From positions 1 through 52,289 of the IMG/VR virus record IMGVR_UViG_3300049846_000828: a stretch of DNA of 52,289 nt; one strand, 5' to 3'. Positions within the stretch are counted from its first letter, which is position 1; the number at the start of each line of letters is the position of its first letter. Shown here piece after piece: positions 8,311 through 17,664 of this stretch. The position numbers and the translations under genes were made by a program. The notes under the pieces were generated by a model. The model was given only the letters and a program-made list of their open reading frames with translations. It had not been told where the DNA came from and did no database searches. This DNA comes from a virus. Lineage: Duplodnaviria; Caudoviricetes.

Positions 8311-8317
8311 ACGAGCC

Positions 8318-8593
8318 ATGAAGCGGATCACAACCATCCCCGAGTTGATTGAGGCCCTGGGTGGCGACACCCTAGTTGCAGACATGCTGGGCATATCTCA
8401 ATCAGCCGTCGCTCACTGGAAGCTGCGCAATCAGATCGCGTCTGGTTGGCACATGCGCTTGCTCTCGGAAGCGATCGACCGCGGGTATCGGGTCGAGAAG
8501 AGCGTGTTTGGCTTGGCTGAGCACGAAGCAGAGAAACTGTTTGCGATGCTCTATCGCGAACCACGGGCGGCGGCATCAAACACCGCCGCCTAG
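8318..8593 (+). CDS. Cro-like HTH regulator (probably leaderless)
   Basis: LIEALGGDTLVADMLGISQSAVAHWK. ATG 7 nt after the -10 box, no RBS. Confidence 0.85.
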   Translation: MKRITTIPELIEALGGDTLVADMLGISQSAVAHWKLRNQIASGWHMRLLSEAIDRGYRVEKSVFGLAEHEAEKLFAMLYREPRAAASNTAA

Positions 8594-9000
8594 TCCTGCG
8601 TACCGGACACTTGTGCAGTCCAGAGAGGTAGATCGGGCTCTCCATCCTGATCGCGGCGCGCGTGCCAGCCCTTAGCGTTGGGGGCCTTTCTGGACTGCAG
8701 AGGTGTCACAGCCTCCCGAGCCGCCGACATCGCAACGCGCTGCACGTCGGCTCAAGCGCCGGTCCTTGTGAAGGATCCAATAGGGACCGGCGCAACCCCT
8801 CCCGTAATGCGTTCTCAGTGTTGCGTTGTTGCGTACCTTTCGGCGTCAGCGCCGGGGGCCGGTGTTCTGTTGGCAATGAGGCTGACAGAGCGGGATTCGT
8901 GACCGGCCTCCTGCGGTGCCGTCGTCAGCGGTTACCTCCCCAGTAGTTAACGGGAGCCGCGCAAATGCGGCTCCCCCCTTTCGCCCGAAGGATTCAGCGT

Positions 9001-9537
9001 ATGTGGACAGATGAGCGCGTCGAAGCCGTCACTAAGCTTTGGAACGAAGGATTTTCGGCTTCGGAGATTGCGCGCCGCATCGGCAACGCCACACGCAACT
9101 CCGTCATCGGCAAGGTCACTCGCCTTGGCCTGCCAGGCCGCAAGGTCAAAGTGCGCCGGCCAGCCAATGACCGTTGGAACACCGAAGATCGCCGTATGGA
9201 ACGGGGCGACAAGCCATACAAGCAGGCCGTCAAGGCAATCAAGACAAACTGGCGCGCAGAGCCGCTGCCTGCCACACCAGTAACCGACGTTGCCCGTGTG
9301 GCCTTTGCCGACCTCGAGCCCGATCATTGCCGCTGGCCGGTTGGCGATCCTAAGCACGCCAGCTTCGGCTACTGCGGCTGCAAGAAGGTCGAAGGGCTGC
9401 CCTACTGCAATGCCCATGCGCGCCGCGCGTACACGGCCCCCGAGGCCAAGCAAAAGCCCCTGTATGGGCACGTCAACATCGTCATTCGGTCGGAAGCCGC
9501 CAAGCACCTCAACGCCAAGGAGTTCGCAGACTCCTGA
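9001..9537 (+). CDS. gcrA: GcrA-family cell-cycle regulator homologue
   Basis: MWTDERVEAVTKLWNEGFSASEIARRIG.ATRNSVIGKVTRLGL and C-terminal CRWPVGDP..FGYCG...LPYCNAHARRAY. Confidence 0.92.
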   Translation: MWTDERVEAVTKLWNEGFSASEIARRIGNATRNSVIGKVTRLGLPGRKVKVRRPANDRWNTEDRRMERGDKPYKQAVKAIKTNWRAEPLPATPVTDVARVAFADLEPDHCRWPVGDPKHASFGYCGCKKVEGLPYCNAHARRAYTAPEAKQKPLYGHVNIVIRSEAAKHLNAKEFADS

Positions 9538-9620
9538 AACGAATGACGGGGCAGCTGCGCCCAACAGCCACCCCGTTGCATTAGTGCGTACGCCACAACA
9601 GCCAGCATGGAGCGCTGACT

Positions 9621-9809
9621 ATGACCATAGCACTAGCCCACGTGCGTCATTCAAGCAACTACGCAACAGAATTATCAACCGAAGAAAAGCGCGTGATCCG
9701 GTTCTTTGTCTCCGCACACATGACGGCTGACGAGATCGGAAACCGCCTGAGGATCTGCCCTCAAGAGGTTCGCGACTACTGCAAGTCCGTCAGCATCAAC
9801 GTGAAGTGA
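9621..9809 (+). CDS. Small HTH-like protein
   Basis: MTADEIGNRLRICPQEVRDY. Confidence 0.55.
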   Translation: MTIALAHVRHSSNYATELSTEEKRVIRFFVSAHMTADEIGNRLRICPQEVRDYCKSVSINVK

Positions 9810-9816
9810 GAGTGTC

Positions 9817-10776
9817 ATGAGCCGCTGGTTCCGCTGGTACGCAGGCACTACCGAGGACGGCAAGTTCCGCATGGTTGCGCGTAACGCCAAAGTAACGGTT
9901 GCGACCGTTACGGGCGTATGGGCGGCGCTACTGGAAGACGCATCCCATCCAGATCATCGCGGCATCGTAACGAAGAATGAGGACTACTTCGCCGCCGTTC
10001 TCGATCTTGGCGACGGCGAAGCAGAGAAGATTTTCGCTGCCATGCAAGACGCCGACATGATCTCGGTTGGTCACGGCGCGATTACAATAACGCACTGGAA
10101 AGAACGGCAATTCGAGACGGACACAAAGGACGGCACGAACGCCGATCGGCAGCGTCGGTTCCGAGAGAGACGGAAGGAACACGCACAACAAACAGACCGT
10201 AACGGCACCGTAACGGCAGAGAAACGACCAGATACAGAAGCAGATACAGAAAAGAAAGAACAAGAGACCCCCCTACCCCCCGACGGGGGGCGGGTATCGG
10301 ATGAGCCGAATAAGCACCGTGAAGCATTGGCAGCTTTCGAAGCCTACAACGATCGCGCTCTTGTTCTCGGACTCCCGCAAGCCAGCAAGCTTACCCCAGA
10401 CCGCAAGCGGCGCATTAGCGCCCGCCTCCGAGACTTCGGCCCTGATGGATGGGCCAAGGCCCTAGCGAACCTGGACACGCCATTCCTGCGGGGCCTCACG
10501 GATCACCGCTTCCGAGCGGACCTCGACTTCGTTTGCCAAGCCAAATCCTTCTCGAAACTTCACGACGGCGGATACGCGCCAGCCCAAGGAACACCAGATG
10601 CAGCAGATCGGAACCGTCCTGCCCGTAATCTCTCAAAGTCCGAACGGCTCAAAGCTGCCGTCGACCGAGCCATGCACGACAACGTCACCGTCTTTGCTGC
10701 ACGATCAAGCTGGAAGACAGCAGATGACGGCGATGCTCACGCAGTGTTTTCGGGCGCTGAAATTATACGGGCGTGA
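9817..10776 (+). CDS. Phage replication initiator (lambda O-like position)
   Basis: MSRWFRWY N-terminus, ITHWKERQ...NADRQRRFRER, PDTEADTE linker and internal iterons. Confidence 0.75.
   Translation: MSRWFRWYAGTTEDGKFRMVARNAKVTVATVTGVWAALLEDASHPDHRGIVTKNEDYFAAVLDLGDGEAEKIFAAMQDADMISVGHGAITITHWKERQFETDTKDGTNADRQRRFRERRKEHAQQTDRNGTVTAEKRPDTEADTEKKEQETPLPPDGGRVSDEPNKHREALAAFEAYNDRALVLGLPQASKLTPDRKRRISARLRDFGPDGWAKALANLDTPFLRGLTDHRFRADLDFVCQAKSFSKLHDGGYAPAQGTPDAADRNRPARNLSKSERLKAAVDRAMHDNVTVFAARSSWKTADDGDAHAVFSGAEIIRA
10196..10252. repeat. Putative replication-origin iterons within the initiator gene
   Basis: ACCGTAACGGC x2 (10196-10217) and CAGATACAGAA x2 (10229-10251), followed by an A-rich tract. 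Related GTAACG motifs at about 9880-9912. Confidence 0.55.
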
Positions 10777-11053
10777 TGCTGACGATTTCGACGCCATCAA
10801 CGCCATGTTCCAGCTCGTCTTGGCTGACTACCCCATCGACAAGATCAAGCAGGCGTTCGCTGTGTACCTAAAACGCTGCAACGAACTCCCGGCCCCAGCC
10901 GATATCGTTCAGATCATTGAACGCGACGGCAAGCCACCTCTCGAACGCGCGGTTTACATCGCGATTTCCAAGAAGCAGCCAGAAGACCGTTCGTCGAGCG
11001 ACTGGGCGTATATGCGTGAATACGAGAAATATTCGAAGACGGGGGCCTACTGA
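10598..11053 (+). CDS. Replication accessory/helicase-loader-like protein
   Basis: Overlaps the initiator 3' end. LADYPIDKIKQAF..YL....ELPAPADI motif. Confidence 0.6.
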   Translation: MQQIGTVLPVISQSPNGSKLPSTEPCTTTSPSLLHDQAGRQQMTAMLTQCFRALKLYGRDADDFDAINAMFQLVLADYPIDKIKQAFAVYLKRCNELPAPADIVQIIERDGKPPLERAVYIAISKKQPEDRSSSDWAYMREYEKYSKTGAY

Positions 11054-11322
11054 TGCAGAAGCGCGCCACAACGGACAACGGCGAGCGCTACCCGACGCCG
11101 GTAGGAGCTTTCGAAGTGTGGTTCGCCGCGCGCTGCCGTGAAGCAGCTACGGCGCAGACCGAGGCGCAGATTGAAGCAGCCGTTGAGTCAGTCCGTCCAT
11201 ACGCCGCCGCGCAATGGTGCCTGCCGAGCCGTCTGGAAACGATCACTGCCATAGCCCGCAAGCGGTGGAACGAACTCAATCGCGGCAACGATCGCAAGAA
11301 AGCAGCAGCAGGTGACGCATGA
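11053..11322 (+). CDS. Hypothetical protein
   Basis: 89 aa, coupled. Confidence 0.6.
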   Translation: MQKRATTDNGERYPTPVGAFEVWFAARCREAATAQTEAQIEAAVESVRPYAAAQWCLPSRLETITAIARKRWNELNRGNDRKKAAAGDA

Positions 11323-11825
11323 GATACGCCCTCGCAATCCTTGTAGCGATGACCCTTCCCGCATGCGCTCAGGAAGCCTCAACACCAATCTGGCCAGGAA
11401 CGCCTGAGTTCAAGCCGCTATGGTCCGAACCACCGAGGAAGAAACCGCAGGTTCGCGGCTGGGTCAGACATTCCCCGCCGGCACGGACCATCATCAAGCG
11501 GGATGTGGTGGCAAAGCCAGAGAAGATCGAAGCGCGCTGCAAGCCGTCTGTCGCGGCAACAGGTGACAGCGCCAAGAGCGAAACCGCAGCCAAGCTCGAG
11601 AGTCAGAAGGCATGGAAGGGGGAAGTCCAATGGCAGTACGGGAACATGTACCTCGACCTGCAAAACGCTGAAGACATTTCCTACCAGTGCGGTCCCTCAT
11701 CGGTTCCCCGCTACGGCGGCACGGTAGAAGCGACGGTCAGCAAGTTCCTCCCCATCGAAAGCATCACGTGCCGCGTCAAGGCCAGCCCGTGTGCCGTGCC
11801 GGTGCAGAAGGACAACGGGAAATGA
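11319..11825 (+). CDS. Exported Cys-containing protein (signal peptide or lipoprotein)
   Basis: MRYALAILVAMTLPACAQE N-terminus with four further Cys. Confidence 0.65.
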   Translation: MRYALAILVAMTLPACAQEASTPIWPGTPEFKPLWSEPPRKKPQVRGWVRHSPPARTIIKRDVVAKPEKIEARCKPSVAATGDSAKSETAAKLESQKAWKGEVQWQYGNMYLDLQNAEDISYQCGPSSVPRYGGTVEATVSKFLPIESITCRVKASPCAVPVQKDNGK

Positions 11826-11986
11826 CCGGCTTTCGCACCGCGATCAAGAACGTCCGCTTGAAGTCTGATCCTGACGGCAAGGTCCATCTCGTCCGCGTCC
11901 ACAAGCTCCAAGCAGGCAAGTCACCCCGAACAGAACACGCCAAGGCAGCCAAGCAAGCCGCCAAATGGAAGGAGAAGTCTAAGTGA
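11822..11986 (+). CDS. Small basic hypothetical protein
   Basis: ATGA-coupled. Confidence 0.55.
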   Translation: MTGFRTAIKNVRLKSDPDGKVHLVRVHKLQAGKSPRTEHAKAAKQAAKWKEKSK

Positions 11987-12231
11987 TCGACCCTAACCGC
12001 ACAGCAGAGCGCGCGACTGATGCAGCTCTCAAAGCAATAGAAGAACACGGCCTTGTTCGTGATCGCATCCTCACAGCAATCAGAGACGTGATCGCGGGGG
12101 AGGTGGCGATGGCGCCTGTACTAGACGTCGTCGCGACCAACGAGATGATGCGCCGCAACGCCGAACACTACTCCCCCATTCCAGTTCCCTGGGACGCTGT
12201 ACCGCTCGCAACAAAGAAAGGTGGAGCATGA
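11983..12231 (+). CDS. Hypothetical protein
   Basis: GTGA-coupled, AAGGAG RBS. Confidence 0.6.
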   Translation: MIDPNRTAERATDAALKAIEEHGLVRDRILTAIRDVIAGEVAMAPVLDVVATNEMMRRNAEHYSPIPVPWDAVPLATKKGGA

Positions 12232-12428
12232 AGCTCGCACTTCACATCGCCCTAGCTGGCGTCGGCGCGATTGTCTGCGCCGTCGTGTCGGTGATTGGCA
12301 TGACGGCCTTGGCTAAGATTGCCCAACTCGGCTTTGGGCACGCTCTTGCCGTGCTCCATCTGACCATGGCGATCGGCTTTTACATCGGGTTGCGCGTAGC
12401 TCTTAAGCACAAGAAGGAAACACCATGA
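12228..12428 (+). CDS. Small 2-TM membrane protein
   Basis: Two hydrophobic helices and a basic tail. Confidence 0.6.
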   Translation: MKLALHIALAGVGAIVCAVVSVIGMTALAKIAQLGFGHALAVLHLTMAIGFYIGLRVALKHKKETP

Positions 12429-12629
12429 CCGCAGAAGTTCAAACAGCCGTAGAAGCCCACATCAACGACCTTCGCCGCCGTGCTGAAGCTGGAGACCAAG
12501 ATGCAATCAAATCGCTCGCGTGCTGGATCCTCAACGCGCCGGACAAATGACAACGGCCTGTTTCTTCTCATCATCGGTATTGCGTTGATCGCCCTAGGGT
12601 CTCTCTCAGGTTTCTATGGAGGCTAACGC

Positions 12630-13166
12630 ATGGCCGACTTCATCGCCCCTACTCCCGAGCGCATCGCCAAGGCTGCTCACTGGGACATTCCGACCGACAA
12701 GCAGACCATCGGAGGTCGAGAGGTCACCAAGGCCACCCGCTCCGGCTATCGCCACGTCTCGGTCATCAAGCTGATGCACCAGGCAGGCGAACTGCCCGAC
12801 ACATCCAAGATCGCGTTCGATAAATTTGAGAAGGACTACAACGTGGGGGAACTCAGCGTCTACGCCACCCCGAACCGGGACGCACGTACAAGCACAACTG
12901 ACCCGCATTTCTGTCCGGTGGCCCGCCGCGTCAATGCTCGTCTGGAATACCAGAGCGCTAAAAGCTCGGTCGGCTTTCGCAACTCGATCGTCCTGACCCA
13001 TTGCCTGATGGAGTACGCCAGCAAGTACAGCGTCGGAAACATGCTTGCGGGAGCCCAAGCGGTCAGCAAGCCAACGGCTATCAAGAAGGGCAAGGAAGCG
13101 ATCCGAAATGCAACACATGCACTCGCAATCCACTACGGCCTCTTGAAACACCCTCCAAGCCCTTGA
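12630..13166 (+). CDS. Putative late-gene transcription regulator (DUF6456-like, Q-like position)
   Basis: PTPERIAKA start and ALAIHYGL end. Last early gene before the late operon. Confidence 0.55.
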   Translation: MADFIAPTPERIAKAAHWDIPTDKQTIGGREVTKATRSGYRHVSVIKLMHQAGELPDTSKIAFDKFEKDYNVGELSVYATPNRDARTSTTDPHFCPVARRVNARLEYQSAKSSVGFRNSIVLTHCLMEYASKYSVGNMLAGAQAVSKPTAIKKGKEAIRNATHALAIHYGLLKHPPSP

Positions 13167-13422
13167 CGGCTTTTACCAAATCAGCCATCGATTCGGCACA
13201 CTGCAACAACTGCGAGGCCCGCGACATTCGTCCGGGCCTTTCGCATTTCCAGATCCCGTCGCCACTGAATTGCCAGGCCCGGTTCTTGCCGACCGCGACC
13301 AACCAAACGCATCACTAAGGCGACGGGTACTCACTGGCTCTGTGGAGCCTCATGGTTATGCCCTGCGTTTCGGGCGGGAATTTGGTTTCAACCCATACCG
13401 CACATGAACGAACGGAGGGCCT

Positions 13423-13992
13423 ATGCGCCGCCAAGTTTGGAATATTGCGAAGGTCGCCGGCCTCGTGGCTCTGGCCATCATCGGCACCATCTACCTCATC
13501 AACCCCAAGGCGCTCGCCGCAGACAAGGGCGGACCTCCGACGAAGATCGACGCCCAGGGCAATGAAAAGCCCCTCTTCTCCGGATGCTACGGCCAGCTTG
13601 GTGCTGGTGGCGTCTTCGCGAGCGGCAACGACACCATCAAGGGCTTCGCGGTCGGCGCGGGCTGCGACTGGCAGGTCGGTACGCTCGTTATCGGTGCCAA
13701 CGGCCGCTACGCTTTCTACGAGGACGATGCCCGCTCGCTCACCATCGGTGGCCGTCTCGGTTACGCCATCAACCCTCATACGTTGGCCTATGGCACGGTC
13801 TCCGTTCTGATGGATGGCCGTAACCCGCAGTTCCACGATAGCGCCATCATGGGCGGCATCGGCCTCGAAACCTACCTCTCGAAGAACATGACGGTCTTCC
13901 TCGAAGCCGCCACCGACATCCAGAAGTGGGGCGACTGGAAGACGCTGCCCCAGGTCTACGAGATCCACGGCGGTATTCGCATCCGATTCTAA
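13423..13992 (+). CDS. Outer-membrane beta-barrel protein (Omp25/RopB-like)
   Basis: Signal peptide ending ALA-ADKGGP, FSGCYGQLGAG, GCDWQ, GGRLGYA, alternating strands and a C-terminal Phe (IRIRF). Confidence 0.82.
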   Translation: MRRQVWNIAKVAGLVALAIIGTIYLINPKALAADKGGPPTKIDAQGNEKPLFSGCYGQLGAGGVFASGNDTIKGFAVGAGCDWQVGTLVIGANGRYAFYEDDARSLTIGGRLGYAINPHTLAYGTVSVLMDGRNPQFHDSAIMGGIGLETYLSKNMTVFLEAATDIQKWGDWKTLPQVYEIHGGIRIRF

Positions 13993-14031
13993 CTGTTCTG
14001 CGTCTCCCTCCGCCCCCAAGGAGACAGTCTC

Positions 14032-15069
14032 ATGATCAAGCGCTTCATTCAGAACCGCTATCGGTCCTACACCCCTGACGGTAAGTTCTGGCTTACTGTC
14101 GGGGCCATTGCGCTCATCGTCGATATGGCCATTGGCTACAGCGCTGGCGCGGCTCAGGCGACGTTCTGGCATGGTGTCGGCGGTGCTGGCTTGGCCCTTG
14201 GCTTTGCCTTCCTCCCCGATGCCGCCTACGAGGAAATGGAGCAAAAGCGCTTTGCGCCTGCCTGCCTGATCGCCCTTATCTGCATCCCTATCGGCGTCAA
14301 AGCCTACGAGCAGCAGCTCACCTATACTGCCGGCATGCGCCAGGGCGAAATGGTCGGCGTCAATGTCGTCAACGCCCGCAAAGAGAACGCCAAGAGCAAC
14401 GTGAAGGACAATGAGGCCCTTCTGAAGCTCCTGAACAGCCAGCTCGCCACCCTCATGGAACAGGACGGCTGGACCGCAACCATTAAGGCCGATGCACTGC
14501 GCGAAGAACTCAAGACGGTTCAGGAGCGCATGGCGGCTGAGGAACGCGGCCAGCGCGGTCGTAAAGCCGGTCGCGGCAAAGAGTTTGAGGCGCTCCAAAA
14601 CAAGGCCACCGAACTGACGACCAAGATTGCCAAGGTTGAACAGCGCGAAGAACTGACCAACCGCATCGCAGCTACCAAAAACGCGCTTGAAACTGCCCGC
14701 GCTACCGACGACAAGCGTGAACACAAGACGTCGCTGAATATGTCCGTTGCTGAAACCACGGCGGCAATGTTCAACATCGTCTGGGGCCAATCTCCCGAAG
14801 ACGCCATGAAGACCACGGAAGCCTCGCTGCGCTACGCGACGATCGGCTCTGCCGGCCTTGGATCCCTCGCCCTGCTGTTGCTCGCACCGGTGGGCTTTTT
14901 CCTTGCCGGTCGCCGTCGCATCAAAGAGCAGCACGAGACCGAGCCGTCTACGCTTGCCTCGCCTGCCACAGCCTTGCAGATCAAGCCCGCCAACACCCAC
15001 ACCCGAGAGATCGTCCGCACTGATAACCAAGTGTGGTCAGACCTCCGTCGAGCCCTGAAGGCAGCATGA
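14032..15069 (+). CDS. Multi-TM protein with a long coiled-coil domain
   Basis: About 3 N-terminal TMs, a ~190-aa helical region and one C-terminal TM. Confidence 0.75.
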   Translation: MIKRFIQNRYRSYTPDGKFWLTVGAIALIVDMAIGYSAGAAQATFWHGVGGAGLALGFAFLPDAAYEEMEQKRFAPACLIALICIPIGVKAYEQQLTYTAGMRQGEMVGVNVVNARKENAKSNVKDNEALLKLLNSQLATLMEQDGWTATIKADALREELKTVQERMAAEERGQRGRKAGRGKEFEALQNKATELTTKIAKVEQREELTNRIAATKNALETARATDDKREHKTSLNMSVAETTAAMFNIVWGQSPEDAMKTTEASLRYATIGSAGLGSLALLLLAPVGFFLAGRRRIKEQHETEPSTLASPATALQIKPANTHTREIVRTDNQVWSDLRRALKAA

Positions 15070-15290
15070 ACCCCAACGACATCGCCAATCGGGTCACCGG
15101 CTTCATTACGTGGCTGGTGACCAACCCCTTCGCCGCCCTGCTCTGGATCGCCGCTGCTATCATTGCCGTCGGCCTCAGCTTCGGTCTCATCAACCAGGCC
15201 ACAGGCTTCCGCCTCCCCACCTTTGGCATTCAAGCCCAATCGGCTATCTATGCTGCAGGTATCGTCTATCTACTTCATGGTAGGGTCTAA
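15066..15290 (+). CDS. Small 2-TM membrane protein (holin-like size)
   Basis: 74 aa, hydrophobic, ATGA-coupled. Confidence 0.65.
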   Translation: MNPNDIANRVTGFITWLVTNPFAALLWIAAAIIAVGLSFGLINQATGFRLPTFGIQAQSAIYAAGIVYLLHGRV

Positions 15291-15292
15291 CC

Positions 15293-15850
15293 ATGGCTGA
15301 CGGTAACGTCACCATCCAGAAGGAAGAGAAGCGCGGACGCGGTCGACCGACGACCTACACGCAGGAAGTAGCCGATAAGATCTGTGCTGGCCTCATGGAA
15401 GGGCGCACGCTTCGTGACGTTTGCCGCGATGAAGGAATGCCCGCTGAAAGCACTGTGCGGCAATGGGCTGTGAACCCAGAGCACGAATTTTACGCGCAAT
15501 ACACGCGCGCTAGGGAGATCGGCTACCACGCAATGGCCGACGAACTCGTTGAAATCTCTGACGATGGCTCCAACGACTGGATGGAGCGTGAAGGTGTCGA
15601 AGTCCCGAATGGCGAGCACATGCAGCGATCGAGACTTCGCGTCGATACCCGCAAATGGCTGATGTCCAAGGCACTGCCGAAGATGTACGGCGACAAGACG
15701 TTCCATGAGCATGGCGGCACCGACGGCGGCGCAATCAAGGTCGACGACAACTCTGCCGATGCGCGCAAAGTCGCTTTCATGCTCGGTCGCGCAATCGGAC
15801 GGGCGGAAAAGGCTGCAAATCAGGAATCAGATTCTAGCGGGTCTCGCTGA
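15293..15850 (+). CDS. terS: Terminase small subunit
   Basis: GRPTTYTQEVADKIC...GMPAESTVRQW...YTRARE...SRLRVDTRKWLMSK..PK.YGD. Confidence 0.9.
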   Translation: MADGNVTIQKEEKRGRGRPTTYTQEVADKICAGLMEGRTLRDVCRDEGMPAESTVRQWAVNPEHEFYAQYTRAREIGYHAMADELVEISDDGSNDWMEREGVEVPNGEHMQRSRLRVDTRKWLMSKALPKMYGDKTFHEHGGTDGGAIKVDDNSADARKVAFMLGRAIGRAEKAANQESDSSGSR

Positions 15851-15901
15851 TTGCGGGCTCGACACTTTCTGACCCCGCAGGAAATGGGGTAAATTTTTCC
15901 A

Positions 15902-17485
15902 ATGTCGCTCAGTCTCGACGACATCCTCGCCAGGCTTCAGGCCCTACCAGAAAACGAACGAAAGGAAGTCGTAAAGCTCGCGGACAAGGCAACCGCGGGA
16001 ATGCGCTGGATACCCAATCCAGGGCCACAGATGGACGCCTACGACTGCCAGGCCGATCAGTTGCTCTATGGTGGTGAGGCCGGTGGTGGTAAGACGGACC
16101 TCCTGCTCGGGCTCGCCTCGCAAGAGCATCGCCGGTCACTCCTGCTACGCCGCGTCAACAAGGACGTCTCGTGGCTGGTCGACCGGATGGCGCAGATCGT
16201 CGAAACCCGCGACGGCTACAACGGGCAGGACGATCGCTGGACGTTCCCAGATGGCCGGGTGATCGACTTCGCAGGTTGCCAGCACCCGGGCGACGAGCAG
16301 CGCAACAAGGGGCGGCCGAAAGACTTCATCGGCTTCGATGAGGCATCCGATTTCCTCGAGCAACAGGTCGAGTTCATTCTTGGCTGGCTGCGGTCGACGG
16401 TCAAAGGTCAGCGGTGCCGGGCGGTGTTCGCGACCAACCCGCCGACCTCAGTCGAAGGCGAGTGGATCGTTCGCTGGTTCGCCCCATGGGTAGACCCAGA
16501 CCATCCCCTCTACCCGTATCCGGTTGGAAAGCTGCTCTGGACGTGCCGCGGCAAGGAAGACGAATGGCTCTGGTTTGAGGAACCAGGCGAGCAGGAAGTC
16601 GACGGCAAGCCGAAGCCGACAATCAGCCGCACGTTCATCCGGTCTGGCCTTTCTGACAATCCAGACCTTGCCAATACGAACTACCGCAGCCAGCTCGAAC
16701 AGCTCCCCGAAGCGCTCCGCAGGCGCTACCTCAAAGGCGAGTTCACGGCGGGTTCGCAAGACGACGAGTTCCAAGTCATCCCCACCGAATGGATCCGGGC
16801 CGCCCAAGAGCGCTGGAAGGACGGCGACGGCGATGTGATGGAGACCATCGGCATCGACGTTGCGCAGGGTGGCGCCGACAGTACGGTCATGGCCCCTCGA
16901 TGGAAGGGCAAGACGGCAACGCACTGGTTTGACCGACTGAAGAAGTGGAAGGGTAGCGAAACCCCAGACGGAGCAACGGTCGCCGGCCTGTTCATTCAGG
17001 TCCAGCGCAACGCAGCTCAAGCCAACATCGACATGGGTGGCGGCTATGGCGGGTCGACCTTTGAGAAGCTGAAGGAAGCCGAGTTCTCTGTGTTCGGATT
17101 TGTCCCGTCTGAAGGGTCGGAAGCCCGGACCTCGGATGGCAAGCTCGGGTTCAGGAACAGGCGGGCCGAGGCCACGTGGCGTCTGCGGGAACTGCTTTCA
17201 CCGGAGAGCACGGAAACCGTAGCGCTACCGCCTGATGCCCAGTTGAGGGCCGATCTCGCGTCCTACCGCTGGAAGCTGATGAGCGGCGGAATCATTCAAG
17301 TCGAGTCCAAGGACGACATTCGCAAGCGTATAGGCCGATCGCCCGATGACGGTGACGCGGTGATCATTGCGATGGCCACGGGCTCAAAGCGAGTTCAGGC
17401 CCGCAAGAACGACCACAGATACCAGTCCCTGCAGCGTACCGCAGTCACGGGAAGATCAGGGATGATCAGGAGAGCATCACGATGA
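15902..17485 (+). CDS. terL: Terminase large subunit
   Basis: LYGGEAGGGKT Walker A, IGFDEA Walker B, ATNPP, GIDVAQGG and SPDDGDA nuclease motifs. Confidence 0.95.
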   Translation: MSLSLDDILARLQALPENERKEVVKLADKATAGMRWIPNPGPQMDAYDCQADQLLYGGEAGGGKTDLLLGLASQEHRRSLLLRRVNKDVSWLVDRMAQIVETRDGYNGQDDRWTFPDGRVIDFAGCQHPGDEQRNKGRPKDFIGFDEASDFLEQQVEFILGWLRSTVKGQRCRAVFATNPPTSVEGEWIVRWFAPWVDPDHPLYPYPVGKLLWTCRGKEDEWLWFEEPGEQEVDGKPKPTISRTFIRSGLSDNPDLANTNYRSQLEQLPEALRRRYLKGEFTAGSQDDEFQVIPTEWIRAAQERWKDGDGDVMETIGIDVAQGGADSTVMAPRWKGKTATHWFDRLKKWKGSETPDGATVAGLFIQVQRNAAQANIDMGGGYGGSTFEKLKEAEFSVFGFVPSEGSEARTSDGKLGFRNRRAEATWRLRELLSPESTETVALPPDAQLRADLASYRWKLMSGGIIQVESKDDIRKRIGRSPDDGDAVIIAMATGSKRVQARKNDHRYQSLQRTAVTGRSGMIRRASR

Positions 17486-17664
17486 ATGCCGGAGACATGC
17501 CCAAGCCATCAGCACCGGTTCGCGTTCCCTCCGAAAGCGACCCCGATGTGATCGCCGCACGCCGCAAAAAGATGCTCGATGAGATGCAGCAGCGGGACGG
17601 CCGGCGCTCGACTTCGCTTGCTGATAACTCGGCTCAGGCTTACTCGCGGACGACCCTCGGCTGA
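17482..17664 (+). CDS. Small pre-portal virion protein
   Basis: 60 aa ending TTLG, between terL and portal, as is common in these podoviruses. Confidence 0.65.
   Translation: MNAGDMPKPSAPVRVPSESDPDVIAARRKKMLDEMQQRDGRRSTSLADNSAQAYSRTTLG

Noticed and set aside
8594-9000. CII-like gene between cro and gcrA
   Set aside because: The ORFs here (8662-8946, 8678-8902) lack convincing RBSs or recognisable motifs, so they were left uncalled.
13315-15030. 571-aa minus-strand ORF
   Set aside because: Antisense shadow of two well-supported plus-strand genes, typical of high-GC DNA.
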